Positions 31,032 through 39,770 are shown, numbered from the stretch's first letter. The stretch is 64,000 nt of DNA from Sphingobacterium sp. (GCA_031277685.1 JAITLV010000065.1:49417-113416), one strand, 5' to 3'. The notes: generated by a model not told the origin, from the letters alone. Made by a program: numbers and translations.

Positions 31032-31173
31032 CATCAGACAGCCTCGAAATCACCAAAACACGCACATATCCCGCATAAAAAGTAAAAACACGTTATGAAC
31101 ACGATGAAAACGCATTGCATAAAGTGCACAATATTTAAGTAAAAGCCGGTTCGGAATGAGTACTAATTCTTCT

Positions 31174-31197
31174 AACTATATCGGGACTGCTCATGTT
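31174..31197 (+). promoter_or_regulatory. AAC-N18-GTT element (site 2)
   Basis: tAACtatatcgggactgctcatGTTc. Confidence 0.65.
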
Positions 31198-31223
31198 CAT
31201 TAGATGAACTAAAACAAAAAAAG

Positions 31224-31544
31224 ATGAATAGAATTCAATCAGCGCATCAACAGTATCAAGGTATACTGGTTATAGCATTTGCCGTAATAAGTCAGGTCGG
31301 TCCAGAAGATTTTCCGGCTGATATACCGGAACGACCCGAGGAAGAATTGCCAGAAAATGATCCCAACGATATGCCAGAAATAGATCAGGATGATTTGGAC
31401 TCCGAAGAAGAACTAGACTTAGATGATGAGGAAGAAATTCCTGAGTTAGATGAACAGGAAATCGATGAAGAAGCAAATGATGCCGAAGGAATCCCTGTTG
31501 AACCTCGGAATCCACCTTCGGACTTAAATGAAACAACAATTTAG
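31224..31544 (+). CDS. Highly acidic, probably disordered hypothetical protein
   Basis: D/E/P-rich with (M/I)PE(I/L)D repeats. Confidence 0.7.
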   Translation: MNRIQSAHQQYQGILVIAFAVISQVGPEDFPADIPERPEEELPENDPNDMPEIDQDDLDSEEELDLDDEEEIPELDEQEIDEEANDAEGIPVEPRNPPSDLNETTI

Positions 31545-31557
31545 CATGAAAAGTTGC

Positions 31558-31594
31558 AAATGGGCTAATATTTATGACCAATATTAGCCCATTT
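31558..31594. terminator. Hairpin between convergent genes
   Basis: AAATGGGCTAATATT...AATATTAGCCCATTT. Confidence 0.7.
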
Positions 31595-31629
31595 CTCTGT
31601 TTTATTAATCTATCTGGAAGAATAAATTA

Positions 31630-32286
31630 TTAATTTAAAAGTTTGGTTTTAAATCCAAACCGGACCAATACGGCGGTATTTCTGGAATTGGTTTTTTCCA
31701 GCAGCTGTTGTCGATGTCCCTCCACGGTACGCTTACTTAAAAATATTTGATCCGCTATTTCAGCATTGGTATACCCTTCCGCGATCCGTTCCAATACTAA
31801 AATTTCGCGATCAGAAAGCTCATATCTTGCCATAACATCACCTCTATTTACTTCTTCGGGAATATGTGAGGCAGAGTAGTCTATCAGTTGAAAAGCGAGT
31901 GCCGAACTGATATAGCGCTCTCCCCGTTGGACCTGTTTAAGACCAAATAAAATTTCGTCAACATGTGAACTTTTGAGCAAGTAACCATCAACACCAATAC
32001 TGAGAGCTTCAGATGCGAGATGAAAACTGGCATCCATTGTCAATATGACAAGTTTTATTTCCGGGAAGCGCATTTTTACCGTCTTAATAAATTGGATTCC
32101 ATCCATTATATCCATATGGATATCGGTAAGAATAAGGTCCGGTTGAGTGGCTCGGGCGAGATACTCCAGGGCATTTTTACCATTTTCTGCCTCTGCAATT
32201 ACAGTTATATCCTCTTGAGCCTCTAAAATTAATCGGAAACCTGAACGTACCAGCACATGGTCGTCTACTAAAAGTAACTGTGTCAT
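31630..32286 (-). CDS. NarL/LuxR family response regulator
   Basis: LVDDH, LILTD, GYLLK receiver; GYTNAEIADQIFLSKRTVEGHR HTH. Confidence 0.95.
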   Translation of the reverse strand: MTQLLLVDDHVLVRSGFRLILEAQEDITVIAEAENGKNALEYLARATQPDLILTDIHMDIMDGIQFIKTVKMRFPEIKLVILTMDASFHLASEALSIGVDGYLLKSSHVDEILFGLKQVQRGERYISSALAFQLIDYSASHIPEEVNRGDVMARYELSDREILVLERIAEGYTNAEIADQIFLSKRTVEGHRQQLLEKTNSRNTAVLVRFGFKTKLLN

Positions 32287-32341
32287 AGCTATCTGTTTTG
32301 TATTTGCAGTTTAAGTATGAATAAATTGATTTTTTTACAGA

Positions 32342-32365
32342 AACAACAATCCTCCTACAAAAGTT
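32342..32365 (-). promoter_or_regulatory. AAC-N18-GTT element (site 3)
   Basis: Minus strand aAACttttgtaggaggattgttGTTt. Confidence 0.65.
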
Positions 32366-32653
32366 TTCAAAACTAATTATCCCGCCTTTTTTATTCGGTT
32401 GTTTATAAAAGCTGGCCGCTATAAGTAGACGACTGTTTTTCTTTGCATAACGCACTTCTACTATGGAATTGCGTATCAGTCTCAAGTTTCGTTTTAAATA
32501 CGTAAAATTATGGTTCTCAAAACGCTAACCTATTGGCAAACGTTCCTCTAGCATATCACTCAAAGGAAGCGCTTATGTTTACATCAATAATTATAGGCAT
32601 CGAAAAAGCGATACCCGAAACAGAAAGAATCGTTAATATTAAATAATTGTATT

Positions 32654-33268
32654 ATGAAAATCGTTTTAAGAATCATTGGCTTATGTATAGCCATTATGGC
32701 CTGGAGCATGGTCATCCAGGCACAGGACAGCATTCAAAACCAGGCACAGGCTGGGGATATTGACTTTGCAAGCAAAGCGACAGCAAGTAATAACTTTGAA
32801 ATCCAGGCTGCAAATATTGCGTTGACCAAGTCACAGGATCAAAATATCAAACAATATGCACAGATGATCGTTGATGACCATACCGCAGCCGGCAACGAAC
32901 TGGCTACATTGGTAAAAAATAAAAACTGGCAATTAAGTACACCCGATAACCAAAACTATAATCAATTGATCGACCAGTTGAACAATGCGGATCCAGCCAA
33001 CTTTGATCGGACTTATGCTGATCTGATGGCCACAAGCCACCAAGACGCCATTACACTATTTAAAGACGCCAGCACCGGTACCGCAACAACAGATGCAGAT
33101 CTCCGCAAATTTGCAACCGATAAAATTCCAGCTTTTCAAAAGCATCTCGATCAAATCAAGAATATGCAACCTGCAGACAATAACACGCCAAAAGATACCC
33201 TAAAAAATATGGGGCCTAGCGTGCCCAATCCGGTAAAATCAAAAATACCGAAACCGGGTTTAAAATAA
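32654..33268 (+). CDS. DUF4142 domain exported protein
   Basis: FEIQAA..A, YAQMIVDDH, FDRTY..M..SH..AI.LF, HL; signal peptide. Confidence 0.88.
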   Translation: MKIVLRIIGLCIAIMAWSMVIQAQDSIQNQAQAGDIDFASKATASNNFEIQAANIALTKSQDQNIKQYAQMIVDDHTAAGNELATLVKNKNWQLSTPDNQNYNQLIDQLNNADPANFDRTYADLMATSHQDAITLFKDASTGTATTDADLRKFATDKIPAFQKHLDQIKNMQPADNNTPKDTLKNMGPSVPNPVKSKIPKPGLK

Positions 33269-33293
33269 TATTGTATTACTCCAACTTTCTATT

Positions 33294-33330
33294 GGAGAGG
33301 GCAAAGCAATAGGCTTTGTCCTCCTCCTTT
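33294..33330 (+). terminator. Putative terminator
   Basis: GAGGGCAAAGC...GCTTTGTCCTC hairpin then short T-run. Confidence 0.5.
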
Positions 33331-33343
33331 AAATAAAATACTT

Positions 33344-33841
33344 ATGGAACAAGCATTTGATTATATCCACGAACTTTTAAACAGACAGATGGCTTTACGG
33401 GCGAAAATTGAAGCCAGTCCCATTGCCGGAGAAATTTATTTCCGTTATGCTGACGATTATTACCAAGAAGAAGTTCGTAGCATGGGTCTTGCCATGATAC
33501 GGGAAGGAATGAATGATGAAGGTGAACAGTTGATTCTGGATTTTACACAAGAATATTACCCTGATCACCTTGACGATGAGCGTACGTGGATCCAGAAAAT
33601 GATGCGCTATTTAAATGCGGTCACCGATACATTAGTCGATAATCTGCATGCTGAGGGTTACAAATGGTTACAGGGAAATGTTGATATGCCAAACGAACAT
33701 GCTATATTCTATCCCTTATATGAACTCAATGCCGATAGTCTACAATCGCTCGAATTGGCACTCAATACAATTGTTGATCTGAGTAAGCCTGAAGAACTAG
33801 AAAATCTACAGGGGTGGCTTTATTATCGGTCCGAAAAATAA
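33344..33841 (+). CDS. Hypothetical protein
   Basis: 165-aa ORF with A-rich start context. Confidence 0.75.
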   Translation: MEQAFDYIHELLNRQMALRAKIEASPIAGEIYFRYADDYYQEEVRSMGLAMIREGMNDEGEQLILDFTQEYYPDHLDDERTWIQKMMRYLNAVTDTLVDNLHAEGYKWLQGNVDMPNEHAIFYPLYELNADSLQSLELALNTIVDLSKPEELENLQGWLYYRSEK

Positions 33842-33864
33842 TACCCATTTAAAGCAGTGAATTT

Positions 33865-34050
33865 TTATGCAGAGGTAACCTTTGTCTCATATTTAGCCGC
33901 TTCAATCTTGGCAGTCTCCAAAAAATTGCTTCTAAAAATATCAATTTGCTGTACATTATGAGTAGCAACCTGAACCGACGGTATATAGGCACATCCCTAT
34001 AATCCAAGAAACATCACGGCTAAAAAACTGATCTTTTCATACACAATCAT
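33865..34050 (-). pseudogene. Possible decayed lipoprotein gene
   Basis: MIVYEKISFLAVMFLGL*GCAYIPSVQ...; TAG at 33997-33999 within a lipobox-like GLxGC; motif site 4 directly upstream. Confidence 0.35.
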
Positions 34051-34075
34051 CTAAGTATAAACTATTTGTATATTA

Positions 34076-34099
34076 AACGTTATAGAAAAAGGAAAAGTT
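34076..34099 (-). promoter_or_regulatory. AAC-N18-GTT element (site 4)
   Basis: Minus strand gAACttttcctttttctataacGTTt. Confidence 0.55.
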
Positions 34100-34261
34100 C
34101 TTCGAACTTCTATTTAAAGTTGTATACAGCAATAACACTTAGTACTAAGCTTTCCGGAAATAGTAGAATATCCCATGTACTATCAACATCCTATGTCAAT
34201 CTCCAACTACTAACCCAAGCCGACCTGCCAATACCATCGTAAATCAATCTGTAATCCACTC

Positions 34262-34507
34262 TTATTCTCCTTTCTTATCCCGGTCAAGATTATCCAAAGG
34301 AACACCTTGTCCTATCGTAGACGTGCTGTCACGAAGTGTATCCGCAGGACTGCTACGATGGATATTATCTAGCGGAACACCGTGGTTTGTCTTTAAGGTA
34401 TCTGTCGTGGTCATTGTTTCATCAGCATTTTTATTCGTTCTGTCCTGACACGCACTCAGCATAAGTACTATACTAAGAACGCTTATCATTAATTTTGATC
34501 TTTTCAT
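34262..34507 (-). CDS. Small lipoprotein with internal GVPLDN repeat
   Basis: Lipobox LSAC; HGVPLDNIHR / QGVPLDNLDR. Confidence 0.8.
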   Translation of the reverse strand: MKRSKLMISVLSIVLMLSACQDRTNKNADETMTTTDTLKTNHGVPLDNIHRSSPADTLRDSTSTIGQGVPLDNLDRDKKGE

Positions 34508-34627
34508 TGTATGTCCAATTTATAGTTGATATTTTTTGAATCTTTAAGATACCAGCACTTTCCGTTCTGCGCATGCAGCGCCTCTATTGATTGGGATCTT
34601 GTCGATAATTTTTAAAGCTTTAACAGA

Positions 34628-35074
34628 TCAGTCCTTTCCGGTTTGCGCATGCGGTGCGTCCACAGGTTTAGATTTTGGCGATCCCTTTTGTCTGAGATAG
34701 ATGGTAAAGAATACGATTGATCGTACGGATAAGGGAGCATCAGGTTTGGGTATCGGTTCTCGATCCACCGCCTCAGGTTTATCCAGCTTTTTGGATTCCA
34801 CAGATTCCCATTGCCTTAGTCCTACCATAAGCATAACATAAAGTGCCATCTGCAAAAATTTACTTTCAAAATTTTCAAAAGTGACCGAAATAAAATGCCC
34901 TGTGCTGAGATAGGAAAATAATGGCATAGTAGCTTGGTGGGCTTCTTGCAGTTCCTCGTTATGTACCTTCCAACCTGTAAAAAATTGCATACCGAGGGCA
35001 AAAATAAACAGCATTAAGAATACCAAACTTAAACCATTCCGGTATAAAAATGAGTAAGATTCTTTCTTTTTCAT
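34628..35074 (-). CDS. DUF6766-like membrane protein, apparently internally deleted
   Basis: NGLSLVFL, TFENFES.FLQ, LRQKGSP.SKPVDAPH..TG; second TM repeat seems missing. Confidence 0.65.
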   Translation of the reverse strand: MKKKESYSFLYRNGLSLVFLMLFIFALGMQFFTGWKVHNEELQEAHQATMPLFSYLSTGHFISVTFENFESKFLQMALYVMLMVGLRQWESVESKKLDKPEAVDREPIPKPDAPLSVRSIVFFTIYLRQKGSPKSKPVDAPHAQTGKD

Positions 35075-35097
35075 AGCTTTTCTCTTATCATCATCTA

Positions 35098-35583
35098 TTA
35101 TACTTTGGATTTCAGTGTAAAGCTAATACGGCCATTAGGCTCCATGAGGGCAATATCAACCTCGTCGAGGTGTTTACTGTGTGTTTCCAAACGCAAACTG
35201 GTTAGCAAATCTGTTCGGCTTACCCCTAATCGATCCATCTGGTCCCATTGAATCTGATCGTTTTTATACAATACTGATGGCTTCCCTTTAACGAGATTCC
35301 CTAAATAAGGCAGGCGGGCCGACACTTGCGCCAATATTTTGTTCACAATAATCATCACAAAGCCGGCGGATACTGTTGACATAAAGGGTGAAGCACCTAC
35401 GATGCCCCGTGCCAATACGGCACCTAACATGATTATAATGACAAAATCGACACCTGATTTTCTACCCAATATTCTGATACCCCCCAAACGAACTAAAAGC
35501 AGGGCAACGATAAACATCATAAAAGCGCGCATTCCCATCTGAACCATGGAGAGCTCCTCGCCTGTTCCAAATAAACTTTCCAT
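35098..35583 (-). CDS. DUF421/YetF membrane protein
   Basis: RLGG.R, DFVIII.LG, VKGKP, MEPNGRIS. Confidence 0.88.
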   Translation of the reverse strand: MESLFGTGEELSMVQMGMRAFMMFIVALLLVRLGGIRILGRKSGVDFVIIIMLGAVLARGIVGASPFMSTVSAGFVMIIVNKILAQVSARLPYLGNLVKGKPSVLYKNDQIQWDQMDRLGVSRTDLLTSLRLETHSKHLDEVDIALMEPNGRISFTLKSKV

Positions 35584-35678
35584 TATTTTTTCTGTTTAGT
35601 TTTAATTGTTTAATAAGTAAAAAAAAAACTGTTTATCTCGCTATTTATTGTTGAAACAGCTCGTCTTGCTCTTAACAG

Positions 35679-35703
35679 AACATCATTCAGCGTTAAAGCG
35701 GTT
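35679..35703 (-). promoter_or_regulatory. AAC-N19-GTT element (site 5)
   Basis: Minus strand aAACcgctttaacgctgaatgatGTTc. Confidence 0.45.
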
Positions 35704-35775
35704 TGCGCTTAAATGGAAATCAAGTACTTATACTCCCGTCATATGTGGGGAATACGTTTTCACGATCCAAATCCA

Positions 35776-35799
35776 AACTACCCTGATTAAAAGACTGTT
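35776..35799 (+). promoter_or_regulatory. AAC-N18-GTT element (site 6)
   Basis: aAACtaccctgattaaaagactGTTt. Confidence 0.65.
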
Positions 35800-35817
35800 T
35801 AAAGTAAAAACGATACT

Positions 35818-36561
35818 ATGATAGATCTTGATAATCCCCCTGAGGAGTGCATCACATTCTTCAAGGATACACTACAGCTTTTGCACACAAGTGGCAGCCC
35901 ATTTTTGGTTGGTGGTGCACTGGCGATGTTTCATTATACAGGGATTATCCGCCCCACCAAGGATCTGGATATTTTTTGCAAAAGCAGTGAATATCCAAAT
36001 ATACTAAAGCATTTTGCAGCTAATGGGTATCAGACCGAATTGACCGATGTCCGTTGGCTTGCCAAAATCCATAAAGCTCCCTATTTTATTGACATTATAT
36101 TTGATAGTGTCAATCATAATTGTACGGTGGAACAGGATTGGTATGATCGTGCACCTGAAGGGATATTATTTGATACACAGGTGCGCTATGTTCCGGCTGA
36201 GGAACTTGTCTGGTGCAAATTATATGTGCAGAATAGAGAACGTCATGATAGCGCTGATATCAATCATTTGTGGCTTCGCCACGGAAAACAGTTCGACTGG
36301 GATCATCTACTAATGCGTATGGACCAGCACTGGCATCTTTTACTCGCACAGCTGATTATTTTCCAGTTTACTTATCCACATGATTATCGCGATATTATTC
36401 CAAGGGATTTATTTGAGGAATTGATCAAACGTGCGCAGGAACAGTATGAACTCCCTTCCTGTCTCGAAAAAGTATGTTTGGGTCCGTTGATTGATCAGAC
36501 ACAATATCAAATTGATATCAAAGAATGGGATTATAAATCATACACCATAAAAACAGTATAG
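35818..36561 (+). CDS. Pol-beta-superfamily nucleotidyltransferase
   Basis: FLVGGALA...RPTKDLDIF (GG + DxD), later IDIIF aspartate. Confidence 0.85.
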   Translation: MIDLDNPPEECITFFKDTLQLLHTSGSPFLVGGALAMFHYTGIIRPTKDLDIFCKSSEYPNILKHFAANGYQTELTDVRWLAKIHKAPYFIDIIFDSVNHNCTVEQDWYDRAPEGILFDTQVRYVPAEELVWCKLYVQNRERHDSADINHLWLRHGKQFDWDHLLMRMDQHWHLLLAQLIIFQFTYPHDYRDIIPRDLFEELIKRAQEQYELPSCLEKVCLGPLIDQTQYQIDIKEWDYKSYTIKTV

Positions 36562-36563
36562 CA

Positions 36564-37298
36564 ATGGCAAAGAAAACAACAATTGCAGCAATAGGTGATA
36601 TCCATATGAATCAGAGCCAGCATGGAAAATGGAAAACGATATTTGAGGAGATTTCACAGAAAGCCAAGGTCTTGCTCCTATGCGGCGATCTGACAGATAC
36701 AGGTGATGAAGAAGAAGCCGAAATGCTTGTTACGGAATTACAACATTTAAAACTTCCGGTTATCGCGGTGCTGGGTAATCATGACTATGAGAAAGGCCGT
36801 CAAAAACAGATCCGTCAGATTCTAACAGACCATAAGATCACCGTCTTGGACGGCGAGGCAATTGTGGTCGAGGATATCGGCTTTGCAGGCGTCAAAGGAT
36901 TTGGCGGTGGCTTTGACCGATATATGCTCTCGATGTTTGGCGAAGAAGCCATGAAAAGCTTTGTACAGGAGGCGGTTAATGAATCCCTTTTATTGGACAG
37001 AGCTCTTGCTAGACTTGAGCAGGAACATCCGGCGATAAAAAAGGTTGCGCTACTCCATTACGCTCCCATCGCGGAGACTGTAGAGGGCGAGCCCAAAGAA
37101 ATTTATCCCTTTTTGGGCTCAACGCATCTGATGGAGCCACTTCAGCGCCGGAAAGTAGATGTTGCCTTCCATGGGCATGCCCATGCCGGCAAATTTAAGG
37201 CACAGTCTCCAGCAGGCATCCCCATATATAATGTCGCTGTTCCTGTTTTAAAGGCTCACCATAGTGACGACACCAGTTTTGTTCTCATTGATATCTAA
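36564..37298 (+). CDS. Calcineurin-like metallophosphoesterase
   Basis: GDIH, GDLTD, GNHD, LLH, HGHAH. Confidence 0.92.
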   Translation: MAKKTTIAAIGDIHMNQSQHGKWKTIFEEISQKAKVLLLCGDLTDTGDEEEAEMLVTELQHLKLPVIAVLGNHDYEKGRQKQIRQILTDHKITVLDGEAIVVEDIGFAGVKGFGGGFDRYMLSMFGEEAMKSFVQEAVNESLLLDRALARLEQEHPAIKKVALLHYAPIAETVEGEPKEIYPFLGSTHLMEPLQRRKVDVAFHGHAHAGKFKAQSPAGIPIYNVAVPVLKAHHSDDTSFVLIDI

Positions 37299-37353
37299 TT
37301 CGGAGTGTATCGGTGCAGTGAATACCTAGAGCGTATAATTTATTATTGATACA

Positions 37354-37377
37354 AACTTTCTTGTAGGAAGATCCGTT
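37354..37377 (+). promoter_or_regulatory. AAC-N18-GTT element (site 7)
   Basis: aAACtttcttgtaggaagatccGTTc. Confidence 0.65.
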
Positions 37378-37405
37378 CCATGTATATACACTAATATATA
37401 ATTAC

Positions 37406-37945
37406 ATGGAAAAACTAAAAGGCAAGAAAATTGCTATCCTCGTTGCCGATGGATTTGAAGAGATTGAGTTGAGCAGTCCAAAAGAAGCATTGGAAAATGC
37501 TGGCGCCAAAACCTATATTATATCTCCCTCAAAAGATAAAGTCAGGGCTAAACAAGGTGATGAATGGTCAGGCGATTACCCCATAGATGTTAATCTGCAA
37601 GAGGCAGAGGAAAATAAATACGATGCACTGCTCTTACCAGGCGGGGTGATCAATCCGGATAAACTACGAACCAATAAATCCGCCATTGCACTAGTGAATG
37701 CATTCTGGGAACGGGACAAACCCATCGCGGCCATCTGTCATGGGCCTCAGCTGCTGATCAACGCCGATCTCGTACGGGGTAAAAAAATGACCTCCGTAGA
37801 AGCCATAAAAATGGATCTGATCAATGCGGGGGCCAATTGGGAAGACAGTGCCGTCGTTGTAGATGAGGGACTGATAACCAGCCGTACGCCAGATGATCTG
37901 CCTGAGTTCAATAAAGCAATGATTAAAGCATTCGGAAAGGTATGA
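37406..37945 (+). CDS. PfpI/YhbO family (DJ-1 superfamily) protein
   Basis: DGFEEIEL, LLLPGG..NPDKLR, AICHGP, TSRTPDDL. Confidence 0.93.
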   Translation: MEKLKGKKIAILVADGFEEIELSSPKEALENAGAKTYIISPSKDKVRAKQGDEWSGDYPIDVNLQEAEENKYDALLLPGGVINPDKLRTNKSAIALVNAFWERDKPIAAICHGPQLLINADLVRGKKMTSVEAIKMDLINAGANWEDSAVVVDEGLITSRTPDDLPEFNKAMIKAFGKV

Positions 37946-37993
37946 TCGCTGAAAAGGCGTACAAGTACAGCAAATTTACGTAATAAATCGGTC

Positions 37994-38017
37994 AACGTTT
38001 GAGTTCATAAAGCTGTT
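37994..38017 (+). promoter_or_regulatory. AAC-N18-GTT element (site 8)
   Basis: cAACgtttgagttcataaagctGTTc. Confidence 0.65.
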
Positions 38018-38048
38018 CAAGTATAAGTAACAGATAAATCAACATATT

Positions 38049-38297
38049 ATGAACACAGCAAAACATATGGCCAGCAACACGTCCAAAGGACAGGCGCATG
38101 GCAACACCGACAAAAGTAAAAGCATGAACACAAGTCATGCAAAAGGTTCATCCGCTCAAAAGAGTGCCGAAAATGGCAACGCTAGTAAAACAAAAGGCGA
38201 ACTCTTACAAATGGCGAAAAAATTGGAGATTACCGGACGCCATGACATGCGTAAAGACGAATTGATCAAGGCAATTGACAAGCACAAAAAGAATTAA
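38049..38297 (+). CDS. Small basic protein with Rho N-terminal-like domain
   Basis: TKGELLQMAKKLEITGRHDMRKDELIKAI. Confidence 0.8.
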   Translation: MNTAKHMASNTSKGQAHGNTDKSKSMNTSHAKGSSAQKSAENGNASKTKGELLQMAKKLEITGRHDMRKDELIKAIDKHKKN

Positions 38298-38301
38298 TGC
38301 A

Positions 38302-38336
38302 TAAAAAAAGTGACCTGTTAGAGGTCACTTTTTTTT
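38302..38336. terminator. Bidirectional terminator
   Basis: AAAAAAAGTGACCT...AGGTCACTTTTTTT. Confidence 0.8.
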
Positions 38337-38534
38337 GCCTTTTTCAGTGGGCTGGTCCGTTGGATCATTTGGCATATCATTCAGTTGCTCTGCCTGCGGG
38401 TCCACCCCCGCCTCGGCATCACCGTCATCTTTATGATCCACCTCTTTTAGCGCTTCCCCTTCTACTCCGAGTTTGACCTTTTTCTTCTTTTCCATTTCCT
38501 TTCCAACCAACCTATTTTCATTTTTTGTTGCCAT
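38325..38534 (-). CDS. Small hydrophilic hypothetical protein
   Basis: 69 aa, highly charged; starts 11 nt after the regulator stop. Confidence 0.7.
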   Translation of the reverse strand: MATKNENRLVGKEMEKKKKVKLGVEGEALKEVDHKDDGDAEAGVDPQAEQLNDMPNDPTDQPTEKGKKK

Positions 38535-38545
38535 AATTGTTTAAT

Positions 38546-39202
38546 TTAGTGTAAAAGCATATGATAAAAGCCAAACCGAACTAGTCCGGCTGTATTCCTT
38601 GTATGTGTTTTTTCAATTAGCCGCTGCCGGTGTCCCTCCACCGTACGCTTGCTCAAAAAGATGCGGTCAGCGATTTCGGCATTGGTATAGCCTTCAGAAA
38701 TCAGTTCAAGTACAGCTAGATCCCGTTCAGAAATATCGTACTTGGCAAGGACATAGCCCTTATCGGGCGTATTCGCTATGTATTGACGATAATTTTCAAC
38801 GCAAGATATGCCCAACGAAACGCTGAGGTATTTTTCGCCATTTGCGATCTGCCGAATACCAAATAGCACTTCATCAGCAGAACTATCTTTAACCAAATAG
38901 CCATCTCCACCTGCGTTCAATACGTCAGAGACGGTTTGTATATCATTCAACATGGATAACGCAAGGATTTTTATTTGTGGATACTTTTCCTTGATATGTG
39001 TGATCAGTGAAATCCCATCCATTTCTTCCATTTTGACATCTGTCAGAATCAGATTCGGAGCTTGATTTCTGGTTAAAAAATCAAGGGCCATCTCACCACT
39101 CTCCACATCTGCCAATACAGCCATATCTTTTTGAGACTCCAAAATCAGTCGAAAACCATTTCTAACTAAATGATGGTCGTCTACAAGCATTAACTGTATC
39201 AT
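38546..39202 (-). CDS. NarL/LuxR family response regulator (paralogue of 31630..32286)
   Basis: LVDDH, LILTD, GYLVK; GYTNAEIADRIFLSKRTVEGHR. Confidence 0.95.
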   Translation of the reverse strand: MIQLMLVDDHHLVRNGFRLILESQKDMAVLADVESGEMALDFLTRNQAPNLILTDVKMEEMDGISLITHIKEKYPQIKILALSMLNDIQTVSDVLNAGGDGYLVKDSSADEVLFGIRQIANGEKYLSVSLGISCVENYRQYIANTPDKGYVLAKYDISERDLAVLELISEGYTNAEIADRIFLSKRTVEGHRQRLIEKTHTRNTAGLVRFGFYHMLLH

Positions 39203-39260
39203 AGCTTTTCCCTTAAATGAACTTAATTATCCTATCAAAATAGGATCCTAATAAAATAGG

Positions 39261-39284
39261 AACATAGCTAAACTGTAAAAAGTT
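39261..39284 (-). promoter_or_regulatory. AAC-N18-GTT element (site 9)
   Basis: Minus strand aAACtttttacagtttagctatGTTc. Confidence 0.65.
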
Positions 39285-39370
39285 TTTTACAATGTAAGAT
39301 AGCCTTTTAGGTGATTTCAATCTGCATATTTTTTCATCGAAACAGTATGTAGCTAAAATTTTAAATGGCA

Positions 39371-39394
39371 AACGTTTCCTGATTTACACCTGTT
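39371..39394 (+). promoter_or_regulatory. AAC-N18-GTT element (site 10)
   Basis: aAACgtttcctgatttacacctGTTc. Confidence 0.65.
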
Positions 39395-39458
39395 CTATGA
39401 ATGAACAGCTATTTTTCAACAAATGGATATAGCGTATTGAAAACAAAACAGAAAGAAA

Positions 39459-39674
39459 ATGAATAAACTCATCAAAACAATTTTTGCAGGTACTATTTTA
39501 TTCTCCATGTTTGCCTGTAATGGCGCACAGACTGATGATCAAAAGTCAAGGGAATTGATGCGTGACTCCGTAGCGAATGATACGACTACCATCCAATACC
39601 GGGATACAACTTCGAACGAATCGCGGGGAGAGATTCCACCGACGCCACAACCGGATACAACGACAAAAAAATAA
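39459..39674 (+). CDS. Small lipoprotein
   Basis: Lipobox MFAC; T/D/P-rich tail. Confidence 0.8.
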   Translation: MNKLIKTIFAGTILFSMFACNGAQTDDQKSRELMRDSVANDTTTIQYRDTTSNESRGEIPPTPQPDTTTKK

Positions 39675-39770
39675 AACGATTGGATGCCGAGCGTTGTTCA
39701 GTACCTGATAATAGCATAATTTATATGTGCTCCCCCGTCGGGAGATGGCCGGAGATAGATTTATTGTAGG

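Noticed and set aside
35818-37298. CBASS or MNT-HEPN toxin-antitoxin system
   Set aside because: NTase motif is GG..DxD rather than the CD-NTase GS type; no Cap effector or HEPN partner; context is stress genes.
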